This document shows, one piece after another, positions 17,761-26,861 of a stretch of 32,000 nucleotides of DNA. A program made the position numbers and the translations under genes. Every line of letters begins with the position of its first letter. The stretch's first letter is position 1. Source of the stretch: Promethearchaeati archaeon SRVP18_Atabeyarchaeia-1 (GTDB lineage Archaea; Asgardarchaeota; Atabeyarchaeia; Atabeyarchaeales; Atabeyarchaeaceae); assembly GCA_037308085.1 (NCBI GenBank), contig CP147779.1:1764512-1796511 (forward strand), given 5' to 3'. The notes beneath the pieces are model-generated. The model saw nothing but the letters and a program-made list of their open reading frames with translations, had not been told where the DNA came from and did no database searches.

Positions 17761-18705
17761 TCAAATCTTTAGGAGCTTCTTGGCGTTCTCGCCTAGGATC
17801 TCACTTCTTTCCTTGGGCGTGAAGTTCTTGATGCCAATTGCTTTCAATGCATCTGGGACCTGGTACTCCCTTATGAATTTCACCCAATCCTTCTGGCTTA
17901 GTACTGATTTGGCCCATCCCCAATCAGATCCGAACAGGATCCTTGAGTGGGCTGTGTTTACGAGTCTTCTCAGTGACATGACAAGATAGTTTATGTCATA
18001 GTAGTGAGATGTCTGTCCCCACGCTGAAATGTCAGCGTAGACGTTTGGTCTCGTTATCAGGATAGCGATAACTTCGTCGAGCCATGCTCCCCATCCAGCG
18101 TGTGCCATAATTATCTGTAGCTCGGGGAATTTGCCGGCTGCCTCATCGATATACATTGGGTGCGTACATTTCATGTAGAAAGGCCCGGACACGGGACCAG
18201 TGTGGGACAATACGGGAACGCCATAATCCAAGGCTATCCTATATACTGGCGTGCAGGCGTCATCACTCGGATAGAAACCCGTTGGTGGGTAAAACTTGAT
18301 CCCCTTCATTCCCCACTCCTTCAGACCACGCTCAACGGTCTCCACGGCATTCTTGCGGCGCGGGTCAACCGCAATGAATCCGACAAGCCGGTCGGGGTAT
18401 TTCTTCACGGCATCAAGAACGAACTTGTTGCACTCATCTATTTCTGCTCCCACCCGGAGCCCTGGAACAAAGCCCTTTCCCCAGTCAACGGTGAAAACCA
18501 CACTCTTGTCGATTCCCGCCCCATCCATCTCTTTGATCAGCTTCTCGGGGTTCCCGTCGATCATGTCTTGCATCAGGGCACCTTTCATTATGTCCTCTCT
18601 TTTCAGTCCCAATCCGATAGCATACTGATCTGCGATGCCTTCAATCATGTTTTCTGTGTAGTGCTTTCTCAGGTAGACATGCACGTGCGAATCTATGACA
18701 ACCAT
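17761..18705 (-). CDS. Amidohydrolase_2-type metal-dependent hydrolase/decarboxylase (TIM barrel)
   Basis: VIDSHVHVY metal motif at the N-terminus, plus later His and Asp residues (HTGP, MAHAGW, FGSDW). I chose the ATG at 18705 because AAGGAGGAAGAGG lies just upstream. The ORF-track start at 18729 has no ribosome-binding site. Confidence 0.8.
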   Translation of the reverse strand: MVVIDSHVHVYLRKHYTENMIEGIADQYAIGLGLKREDIMKGALMQDMIDGNPEKLIKEMDGAGIDKSVVFTVDWGKGFVPGLRVGAEIDECNKFVLDAVKKYPDRLVGFIAVDPRRKNAVETVERGLKEWGMKGIKFYPPTGFYPSDDACTPVYRIALDYGVPVLSHTGPVSGPFYMKCTHPMYIDEAAGKFPELQIIMAHAGWGAWLDEVIAILITRPNVYADISAWGQTSHYYDINYLVMSLRRLVNTAHSRILFGSDWGWAKSVLSQKDWVKFIREYQVPDALKAIGIKNFTPKERSEILGENAKKLLKI

Positions 18706-18868
18706 ATCTGCCTCTTCCTCCTTCCACATTTTCGTCCCGAAGATGGCTAGTATCTCCTTGCATCTTCCATATATACTTCGTTTCTGGAATCACTTAGTCC
18801 CTAGGTTTCCGTCTGCTATTCTCCTCGAAAATACGGCACTTGATCCACTAGATTGTAGTAGGAGGTAT

Positions 18869-19426
18869 TTACAGGGGCAATTGAAGCGTCTCAAGCAGCT
18901 TCGTGAGAATTATGTAGGTCAACCCCCAGATGACACTATCGCCGATGAGGTAAGCTGGGAAGGCTCCAAAGTTGAATTTGACGCTGCCTCTGCTCCTGAT
19001 AAGCTGTTTAGGGTCGACCCAGATGTAGCGCTCCAACTCTTCGGCACTCAGTTTTATTTCAGGGTCATGCTCAAGCACGAAGACAAATGGCAATACGGTC
19101 ATGCCAGGTCTGACCGCTGACCTCACGGGCTCCAATACCCCAAGAAATCGACAGCGATTAGCGAGGTCAATATTGGTCTCTTCTAAGGTTTCTCTAATGA
19201 CCGTTTCCTTGAGACTTCGATCCCCAGGCTCGCGCCTTCCACCAGGCAGAGCCATCTGCCCCGACCAGGGATCCTTTGGGTTCTCAACCCTCTTAACAAC
19301 AAGAAGTCTTAGATTCCTATCGGCTTCTCTCAGCAATATTGCGACGGCGGCTACTGCCTGCGTTTCTTCAGAGAACTTCGTCAGTTTTCTTGACAGTGCT
19401 TCCACGTCTCTCAAAGCAGGATCCAA
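18869..19426 (-). CDS. Nudix hydrolase, CoA-pyrophosphatase-like
   Basis: The Nudix box is GGRREPGDRSLKETVIRETLEETNI. It is preceded by LLVVKRVENPKDPWSGQMALPGG, which resembles the NudL/NUDT7 CoA-binding signature. The start is TTG. Confidence 0.75.
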   Translation of the reverse strand: MDPALRDVEALSRKLTKFSEETQAVAAVAILLREADRNLRLLVVKRVENPKDPWSGQMALPGGRREPGDRSLKETVIRETLEETNIDLANRCRFLGVLEPVRSAVRPGMTVLPFVFVLEHDPEIKLSAEELERYIWVDPKQLIRSRGSVKFNFGAFPAYLIGDSVIWGLTYIILTKLLETLQLPL

Positions 19427-19735
19427 AGTCGATCGCCCTCGCCGTTTCTCCGGCCATTATTGTGATCATCCGATAACCTTTCTCACTCCCATCCACCTTA
19501 ATACACGTGAAATAAAAGCCTTTGGCAATAAGATATTGCAGAACTAGAATAGTCTGCGAGGACGAAGAACGCAATAGCCTTCAACTCATATCGGAAACGC
19601 TAGCGAAGAGACGGCACAATTGACTCAGAGAAAGGCGGACCCTGGCTTGAACGTGACACAGTGTTGTGATGATGCTCTCGCTGGAACCATGGAATCAGTC
19701 TTAGTCGCCCTAGATTCTCGTTATTCCAGGTTGAT

Positions 19736-20989
19736 CTATTGGCAAACAAACTCACAGTAGTCGTCGCCTTTTGCCACGCACTTTGTCTCAATGCACCTCA
19801 CTGTCCTAGCGAGCAGCAATTCCATTACGCCTGCTATGAGACCCGCAAGATGCGGATTCATGGGTTTGTCGGAACTTCGGATCAGTGAACAGAGTGCATT
19901 CCTTACCCGAAAAATCGAGCGGCCGTTGTCGAAGACCAGCAACTCCGCCAGCCCCATCCCCGAAGCTGATATGTAGCCAGCCAAGAGCTCAAGTACCCTC
20001 CTCGGATCCAGGTCGTCTAGTCTTAGGTTCATCGAAGAAAGCAGTTCCTTAATATTCTGTGCCCCGGCAGATTTTGCCCTATTGTACATTTCTTCTGTTG
20101 CAGACTCGTAGGTGCCCTGGTCCATGAACTCCTCCATCAGTCTCGCCATGTTCTTCGCGTTGTTAAGGGTGAATCTTATGCCCATCAGACTTATTGTTCC
20201 ATCAGGATTATGCTTCAACTGGTTTCTCAGTGTACGGGTCAACTCAGCAGAAGCTGTCACTAGAGTGGGCTTGCCGTCGATGATATCGTAGGGAACCTCA
20301 TTCAACTGGAAATCGGGAATCGGGGACTGCTTGACGCGAAGGAACCTCTGATACCTACCCTTGACCTCTCTAACAGTCAATACGATTATCGAGTCACCCA
20401 GATCCTCAATGGCGGTGGCGATGCTTTCATCAAACATTTTTGGGTTGAAAAGCGCTAGGGTCACCATCCTATCTACCTTGATCAGTGTCCTAGCCATTCT
20501 ACTTATTTTGTAGGCGGATTCGAACTTGTAGTTGGCCAGTGCCGAAGATGCCGAATATACGAGCATTCTCATGCCCTCGAATTTTCCGGACTCAATTTGG
20601 CTCTTAGATATCTCCGCCAAGTCGTAGTATAGGCGGAGAAGCGAATTTGGGTCGCTAAGGCTCTTGCTTCTAAGTATTGGGCCTCGCCGCTCAGGGTCAT
20701 ATTCCCCCTCGCTGTAGAGGTCCGCTATGATCATGGAGCCAGATTCGAGGGCATTCTTCATGTCGACGCCGAGATCCGTTAGCTTTGCTATGAAAGTACT
20801 GGGTGGCAGATCATACAGCAATATCGAACAGACGTCCCGGTGGCGCAATCCTTCATTTATGAATGCTACTATAAAAGAAAGCTCTTGAGTTCCACGCTCA
20901 ACTTCTAGGTAAGTGGTAGAGCGATTGGTCAGTCCACCGCCCAGCAGCCGATCAACCTCAGGAACCCCGAAGCTCACGACATCAGACAT
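19736..20989 (-). CDS. Degenerate KaiC/RecA-like domain (both Walker motifs lost) fused to a C-terminal V4R domain
   Basis: The N-terminus FGVPEVDRLLGGGL is the KaiC/RadA-type lead-in. The P-loop position, however, reads EVERGTQE (20882-20905) instead of GxxGxGKT. The Walker B position reads LVYSAS, with no Asp. The C-terminus HLAGLIAGVMELLLARTVRCIETKCVAKGDDYCEFVCQ is a textbook V4R end. GGGAGGT lies 6 nt upstream of the ATG. Confidence 0.8.
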   Translation of the reverse strand: MSDVVSFGVPEVDRLLGGGLTNRSTTYLEVERGTQELSFIVAFINEGLRHRDVCSILLYDLPPSTFIAKLTDLGVDMKNALESGSMIIADLYSEGEYDPERRGPILRSKSLSDPNSLLRLYYDLAEISKSQIESGKFEGMRMLVYSASSALANYKFESAYKISRMARTLIKVDRMVTLALFNPKMFDESIATAIEDLGDSIIVLTVREVKGRYQRFLRVKQSPIPDFQLNEVPYDIIDGKPTLVTASAELTRTLRNQLKHNPDGTISLMGIRFTLNNAKNMARLMEEFMDQGTYESATEEMYNRAKSAGAQNIKELLSSMNLRLDDLDPRRVLELLAGYISASGMGLAELLVFDNGRSIFRVRNALCSLIRSSDKPMNPHLAGLIAGVMELLLARTVRCIETKCVAKGDDYCEFVCQ

Positions 20990-21303
20990 GTTAGAACCTC
21001 CCGCCGAGAAAATCTATCTCGAAACTTCCGTATTAGGTTTTTGGGGCGGTTGGGGATCATGACAGCCTCGAGTTGCAAGCTCGCAAGCTTCAGCGGTGGA
21101 TAACTGACTTGTCGACGAGACACCTAATGCCCAGGCAATACGATTTCGGAATCGGATTATCTCTCGGAATCATAGGGGTACCTTGCCGCACACCTTGTGT
21201 TGCGTCACTCGAGTACTCTGAGAGTGACAGCCTGTACGTAACCGTGAGTAAATGCTTCCATGGAAAGGGAGGATGCCTTGTCCTGAAGCTGATGGCTCCT
21301 GAT

Positions 21304-22110
21304 CTAGGACTTGGGCTTCTTCTTGGATTCATCGATGAAGTATAGTATCAAGTCTATGAAGTAGTCTGGTCTCTCCATTAGTGCGCCGTGCCCTGCGAAA
21401 GGAATAACAGCTATCTTCGAATTCTGGATTTCCTTGTGGATCAGTTCAGCCTCTTCGGCTGGAACCACTTCGTCTTCCCTGCCATGAATGATCAGTGTCG
21501 GAACCGTGATCTTCTTGATGTCCTTCTCCATTACCGGGGGGCTCTTCATGTACCCCTGCTGAACCCGTGCTGAGGTCTTTGCTTCCCTGGTCTTCATGGA
21601 ATCCGCAAATCTCTTGATTGCATCCTTGTGTCTGCGCGCAAACATTGGGTGGAAGATGTCCTTGATCTCGGCGTCGATATATGCCTGCAATCCTTTTTCA
21701 GCAAACGCTTTTGCCCATGCTCCTGCGACCTGTATTGACTTGGCAGGCATTCTGGACGTCGTGTCTATGAGGATTAGACCCTCGACTTTCTCCGGATGTG
21801 TCAAAGCCATCTTCTGTGCTACAAATCCACCCATGCTGATTCCGCAAATGTACGCCTTGTCTACCTTGAGCACGTCAAGGAGTGCTGCAACATCGTCGGC
21901 GAACATGTCTTGGGTGTAGGGCATATCCGGTTTCTCGGATTTCCCGTGTCCTCTCAAATCCACGGCTATGCATCGGATCTCCTTTGACATATCTGGAGTC
22001 ACTTCTGACCATTCAGTCGAGTCTCCTCCCACTCCATGTATTAATACTAAAGGTGTTCCTTTTCCAGTATCCTCATAATACATCATGAAGTCCTTCACTT
22101 TTGCTTTCAA
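21304..22110 (-). CDS. Alpha/beta hydrolase (enol-lactonase / meta-cleavage-hydrolase-like fold)
   Basis: HGVGGDS oxyanion region, GHGKS, nucleophile elbow GISMGG and a C-terminal His (FAGHGALME). The start is TTG, with an AGGAGGAG box 10-12 nt upstream. Confidence 0.8.
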   Translation of the reverse strand: MKAKVKDFMMYYEDTGKGTPLVLIHGVGGDSTEWSEVTPDMSKEIRCIAVDLRGHGKSEKPDMPYTQDMFADDVAALLDVLKVDKAYICGISMGGFVAQKMALTHPEKVEGLILIDTTSRMPAKSIQVAGAWAKAFAEKGLQAYIDAEIKDIFHPMFARRHKDAIKRFADSMKTREAKTSARVQQGYMKSPPVMEKDIKKITVPTLIIHGREDEVVPAEEAELIHKEIQNSKIAVIPFAGHGALMERPDYFIDLILYFIDESKKKPKS

Positions 22111-22155
22111 GATATTTTCTCTCCTCCTGATGCTTCTGGCTGTTCTCGCTACTCT

Positions 22156-23712
22156 CTACTTTTTGACCAAATACTCCTCACGCATTACCCGTTTAAGGAT
22201 CTTCCCTGCTATATTGCGAGGGAAGTCCTCGCTGACAATGACTCTGCTTACGCGCTGATATTTCGCCGCCACGTTTTCGTTAATCCACTTTAGGAGAGAT
22301 TCCTCAGTTGTGCTTCCAGGTTGGTTGAGGACAACTGCAGCAACTGGGGTTTCCCCCCATTTTGGATCGGGAATGCCGAAGACTGCGACTTCTCTCACAT
22401 CAGGATGTCTTGCAATGACCTCCTCGATGTCCCTGGGGTAGACTTTCACTCCTCCTGAATCTATCATATCCTTCTTCCGATCAACGAGATATAGGTATCC
22501 ATCGCTATCGACGTAGCCTACGTCCCCGGTGAACAACCAACCGTCTCTGATAGCCTGTTTGGTCTGGTCGGGACGCTTGTAATATCCTGGCATGAGTACA
22601 GGACCGCGGCCAATGATCTCGCCTATCTTCCCTGTTGGAACATCCTTTCCATCGTCGTCCACAATCCGCATCTGGAGCAATGGCCCTGGGGTTCCAACGG
22701 AGCTTGGCTTTCTTGGATAGTCATATTTGTCAAGAACTGTCACAAACCCTTCAGTCAGGCCGTAGAGCTCGTAGAATCGGCTAGGTAGGCGCTTATTCAA
22801 TTCCTGCTTATGCTCCATCAATAGGGGAGCCCCGACGTTGCATATCATTTCAATTGATCGTAGCGCTTTGAGCGAGAACTTGGGTGAGCGGAGAATAGCA
22901 ATGATCTGCGCAGGAACTACCATCATGTGGGTCACTTTTTCCTGTCTCACGGTTTCTATGAACAGATCTGGACTGAACGCGGGAAGAAGAACGAAAGTAC
23001 AACCCATGTAGAGGGCGGGCATCAAAGTCACAAAAGTAGCGTTAAATACGATTGAACCGGAGTGTAGCATTACTGATTCTGGCGTCATCCTGAAGACTGG
23101 GGGAAAAGTCAAGGCGTACATTAGCCGGATGTAGTGGGTGTGGACTATTCCTTTGGGCAGTCCTGTCGTCCCACTGCTGTAGATGATGTTGAAAGGATCA
23201 TTCTCGCTGATTTCTATACCTTGAGGTTCCTGATCGCTGGCGTCAGCCTTCACATCGTTATAGTACCTGTACCCAGGCATGTCTGGTGAATCGACAACCA
23301 GGTAGCCATCATCCATTATACCGGTAAGCTCGGGTCTGATCTCTTCAACAATCTTAGCGAGAATAGAGTTGGTGATTATCACCTTTGAATCAGAGTCTTC
23401 GAGAAGAGACTTTAACCCCTTTGGCAGAAGCATTGTGCTAAGTGGCACTACAACTGCCCCTGTTTTTGCCGCAGCCCAGTACGTTTCAAGCAATTCAACG
23501 CAGTTTGTGAGCAGAGTCGCTACTTTATCGCCTTTCTTGATCCCCATGCCAAGCAGGGCATTTGCAGCGCGGTTCACTTCCGCATTGAATTGCCTGTAAT
23601 TCAAACGCTTTTCCTTGAAGACGACTGCCGTGTGGCTAGGTCGATAGCGAGCGTGTCGGCTCAGAATCATTCCAATATTGATGGGATGGCCACGATCAAT
23701 TGTACCAGACAT
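22156..23712 (-). CDS. AMP-dependent acyl-CoA synthetase/ligase
   Basis: AMP-binding motif YSSGTTGLPKGIVHTH, plus GWLFTGDVGYVDSDGYLYLVDRKKD and GKILKR. It lies 45 nt upstream of the hydrolase gene, so the two are a likely operon. Confidence 0.9.
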   Translation of the reverse strand: MSGTIDRGHPINIGMILSRHARYRPSHTAVVFKEKRLNYRQFNAEVNRAANALLGMGIKKGDKVATLLTNCVELLETYWAAAKTGAVVVPLSTMLLPKGLKSLLEDSDSKVIITNSILAKIVEEIRPELTGIMDDGYLVVDSPDMPGYRYYNDVKADASDQEPQGIEISENDPFNIIYSSGTTGLPKGIVHTHYIRLMYALTFPPVFRMTPESVMLHSGSIVFNATFVTLMPALYMGCTFVLLPAFSPDLFIETVRQEKVTHMMVVPAQIIAILRSPKFSLKALRSIEMICNVGAPLLMEHKQELNKRLPSRFYELYGLTEGFVTVLDKYDYPRKPSSVGTPGPLLQMRIVDDDGKDVPTGKIGEIIGRGPVLMPGYYKRPDQTKQAIRDGWLFTGDVGYVDSDGYLYLVDRKKDMIDSGGVKVYPRDIEEVIARHPDVREVAVFGIPDPKWGETPVAAVVLNQPGSTTEESLLKWINENVAAKYQRVSRVIVSEDFPRNIAGKILKRVMREEYLVKK

Positions 23713-24066
23713 GGATCTCAGCCCCCTGTGTTGGGCGCTCCGTTGCCCAAGTTATCTTTTTCCTTGAGGTCTTGCTCAAGGCGTCGCTCCCCTTCTCGCC
23801 ATCGGCTGCATTAATCTGGAAGCGCGAGTGAGTATGAGTTGCGTGAAAGGTTAGCTTCTGCTGAACATGATCTCCATCTTCAAATATATAAGAGCTTAAG
23901 AATGTTGAAGTTGGAGGCGCGCTTCCTGAAGTATTTGCATCTTCGAAGCAAGTTCACTTTCTCTGCGGCGAAGAGAGGGGAAACTAGACTGCTCTGGTAC
24001 GTAGAAAGGGAAGTACAAGAAGTCCAAGAGCAGGGCCAGTCCAAGTCTGAAGCATGATCCACTATT

Positions 24067-25176
24067 CTACCGCGCCTGGCCTTCGAATTGCTCCAATTTG
24101 ATTAAGGAATTATCCTTCGCAGATGCATAGGCTGCCTCCACAACCTTGTGCGCATAAACTCCAACTTCGAAATCCGGCTGTGGATGACGCTTCGATTGGA
24201 TTGACTTGATAAACGAGTAGTCTTGGTACGTGTATTCTCCAAGTTCATATTTGCTTTGAATGCCAAGCTTATCTTTGGTATAGTTGTTCGCATCTTTGTA
24301 TCCTATTCTTGCTGGGAGTTCTTCACCTATTTGGTAGAAGTATGGCGCAGCAGACTTCGTTTCTCCATCCAGCTCTAGGTGGAACAGGGCCTTGTTGTAG
24401 AAGATCTCGATCAGGCGGCTTGATCCTCTTGTTCCCAGCTCGTGCCATATGCTTGACAGCATCCCCTCAGCGCCATTCTCGAATTTGAGCCATACGTTGG
24501 CTTGGTCTTCAACTTCTCTCCCAGAGAAGTACCTTATGCTTGCCCTGAGCGCTTCAATTCTCCCGAAGAACCACCGCATGAAGTCGACATCGTGTATCGA
24601 GTGCTCGATTAGTGTTCCTCCCCCAGCGAGATCCTTGTCCTTACGCCATGTGCTCTGGTATTGGCCTCTAATTGGAAAGAACTGATCGTCTCTCAACACG
24701 AAGTCCATGGCAGGTCCGATCCTGCCCGTATTGTCGTCGATTAGATGCTTGCAGTAATTGAGGAGTGGGTCAAACCTCATTACCAAGCCAACCTGTGCCT
24801 TCACGCCCGCTTTTTCCACAAGGTGGAGCATCTCTTCTGCGTCTTTCAAATTCCTTGCCATTGGCTTCTCGCAGAAGATGTTCTTTCCTGCTGCAGTGGC
24901 CTCAGCAACGTACTGTTTGTGGAACTTCGTGGGTGTGCAGATAAACACGGCATCTACACTGTCGCTCCTGATAAGGGAAGTAGCGCTATCGCAGATTTTG
25001 ACGCCAGGTCTTAGCCGAGTGACAACCTTGAGCCTTTCAGGATCGACATCGTACGCGGAAGTGACCTTCACATCCAGCAGTTTGGATTGTGTCAGTAGGT
25101 CTAGTGACTGGAAGTGGGTCATTGAGATCCATCCGCAACCCACAAACCCAACTCGAGTGGTATTTGCCAATGACAT
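24067..25176 (-). CDS. Gfo/Idh/MocA family NAD(P)-dependent oxidoreductase
   Basis: Rossmann start VGFVGCGWIS and the family EKP motif (IFCEKPMA). The length of 369 aa fits the family. Confidence 0.85.
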   Translation of the reverse strand: MSLANTTRVGFVGCGWISMTHFQSLDLLTQSKLLDVKVTSAYDVDPERLKVVTRLRPGVKICDSATSLIRSDSVDAVFICTPTKFHKQYVAEATAAGKNIFCEKPMARNLKDAEEMLHLVEKAGVKAQVGLVMRFDPLLNYCKHLIDDNTGRIGPAMDFVLRDDQFFPIRGQYQSTWRKDKDLAGGGTLIEHSIHDVDFMRWFFGRIEALRASIRYFSGREVEDQANVWLKFENGAEGMLSSIWHELGTRGSSRLIEIFYNKALFHLELDGETKSAAPYFYQIGEELPARIGYKDANNYTKDKLGIQSKYELGEYTYQDYSFIKSIQSKRHPQPDFEVGVYAHKVVEAAYASAKDNSLIKLEQFEGQAR

Positions 25177-25266
25177 TACCCTCTCGTGAGCGGCGGGCAG
25201 AATAACCGATCTGGCTGTATGATGGGGAAAAGCAAAAAAGTGGTAAGTTGGGGAAGACGGTTGCGC

Positions 25267-25698
25267 CTATATCTCCTCGAGTAGAGTTGAGAATGTGTCG
25301 TGGTGATCTTCTTCTTCCTCGAGTATCTCCCTGAAGACTCTGTTAGTTGTCTCATCGTTTTCTGCTCTTGCCTTGTCGACGATCTGCTTGTATAGTTTGA
25401 TGGCAGTCTCCTCATCCTTCATGTCTTGCTCGACCATTTCTCGGGGTGTTTCTCTGACGAAGATCGGATCTGGTTTGGTCGTCGGTGTTCCTCCGAGGTA
25501 GAAGAGCCTCTCGGCGATTTTCTCTGCGTGTTTCATCTCTACTTTAGCTATGTCCTCAAGTTCGTCCTTTATGGTGAATCCTTTTATTCCGCTCCACTGA
25601 ACATGTTGCCACATGTACTGGATTGAGACCTGTATCTCCCTTGCTATTGCCTTGTTGAGTAGATCCAACAATTCCTTTGAGACTTTAACTACGCTCAT
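25267..25698 (-). CDS. bfr: Bacterioferritin-like ferritin
   Basis: REIQVSIQYMWQH, VEMKHAEKIAERLFYLGGTP (di-iron ligands and the Bfr Met position) and EEEEDHHD. I chose the ATG at 25698 (GGAGGG 8 nt upstream) over the extended ORF-track start at 25776. Confidence 0.8.
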   Translation of the reverse strand: MSVVKVSKELLDLLNKAIAREIQVSIQYMWQHVQWSGIKGFTIKDELEDIAKVEMKHAEKIAERLFYLGGTPTTKPDPIFVRETPREMVEQDMKDEETAIKLYKQIVDKARAENDETTNRVFREILEEEEDHHDTFSTLLEEI

Positions 25699-25904
25699 GC
25701 TTCTTTCCCTCCTGCGTTTGTCTAGGAATAAGCGTTCAACTATATGATGGTTACTAAATTGAGCCAGAAAGCCCAAACCTTTAAGAGGTCGATGAGAAAT
25801 GCCGAGAAGAAGGGCAGGAAGTCTGTGTGAGCGGACAAATCAAAGAAAGAGCTAGTTCTTATCGGGTAGACATGCTATTACAGCTTCAGGGGTGAACCGT
25901 GAGA

Positions 25905-26659
25905 ATGGAACACTCGAGTGTTGAAAGCGTCGGCTTCTCGAGTGGGGGTCAGAAGGTTGTCGGCGTTCTCCACCTTCCATGCGGAGATGCAGCGCAGAAG
26001 AACAAGATAGTCGTTACTTGCCATGGGCTTATGAGTAGCAAGGACTCCCAGAAGTACCTAGACATAGCCCATCGTTTCTCGGCCGAAGGTCTGGCCGTTC
26101 TCAGATTTGATTTCCGCGGATCTGGCGAGAGCGAAGGAAGAGGCGACCTGCTCAGCAACAGGATTTTGGATCTGAGATCTGCCATCGACTTCGTCGTTGA
26201 CAAAGGCTACAAGTCGGTGGCTTGCTCGGAAGTAGTTATGGAGGGGCGACCGCGATACTCGTAGCGGGGGAAGGTCCCGCCGCCCAGGCCTTGGTTACTT
26301 GGTCTGCGCCGTGCCAGCTTACTCAACTCTTCGGTTCGATGACGAAACAACCGCAACGGAATCGTGGTCGAGGACTCGTTGGAATTGGTGAGGAAGCTGG
26401 TACCTCAAAATTCATGGCGGACTTGTCTGCCTATAATGTGGTTGAAGCTGCCAAGAAGGTTGGAATGGTTCTAGTGATACACTGCAAGGGAGACGAGGTT
26501 GTTCCATGGATTCAGGCCAAGATCATATACGATAATGCTATACAACCGAAAAGACTACAGATATTTGAGGGAGGGGACCATCAGTTTCTGCAGCCCTCGA
26601 TTAGAAGAGAGGCAACAGAACTGAGCTTGGCTTGGATGAACAGCCATCTGGGTACGTAG
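25905..26659 (+). pseudogene. Alpha/beta hydrolase (dienelactone-hydrolase / S9-like) split by a 1-nt frameshift
   Basis: ORFs 25899..26264 and 26222..26659 are the N- and C-terminal halves of one hydrolase in different frames. The first half ends ...VVDKGYKSVA and the second begins LLGSSYGGATAI (nucleophile elbow). The junction gtggcttgctc (26217-26227) lacks one base. The Asp (KGDEVVP) and His (GGDHQF) are present in the second half. Confidence 0.7.
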
Positions 26660-26861
26660 AGGTCGGCAAGTCTAACATATCTGAGACCGGCCGATTTGTG
26701 GTGTCGCACGAGCTCAAACTGGTTTTCAAGCGCAGCGGAAAGATTACCAAATCGATCCAGAAGACCCACACCCTTTAGCCGACCCCTTCAAGAAGTTGGT
26801 AGCTCACCGTGATGTAGGACGATCAATTGCGCTGGTGAAGCTTCCTGAGACGTTGGGGGAA

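Noticed and set aside
18160-18750. Plus-strand ORFs of 196 and 110 aa opposite the amidohydrolase gene
   Set aside because: These are antisense shadows of a gene with clear metal-binding motifs.
19368-19791. 68-aa and 63-aa minus-strand ORFs in the Nudix / V4R spacer
   Set aside because: Each overlaps a neighbouring real gene in another frame and lacks a ribosome-binding site. The 68-aa ORF has a mildly protein-like stretch but nothing I can recognise.
21073-21345. 90-aa plus-strand and 80-aa minus-strand ORFs, and a 7-bp hairpin (21204-21228), in the 314-bp spacer after the alpha/beta hydrolase gene
   Set aside because: The ORFs mirror each other, lack ribosome-binding sites and have non-coding-like composition. 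The hairpin is short and common by chance, so I did not annotate it.
24449-25189. Plus-strand ORFs (78, 89 and 143 aa) opposite the Gfo/Idh/MocA gene
   Set aside because: These are antisense shadows with no ribosome-binding site and no motifs.
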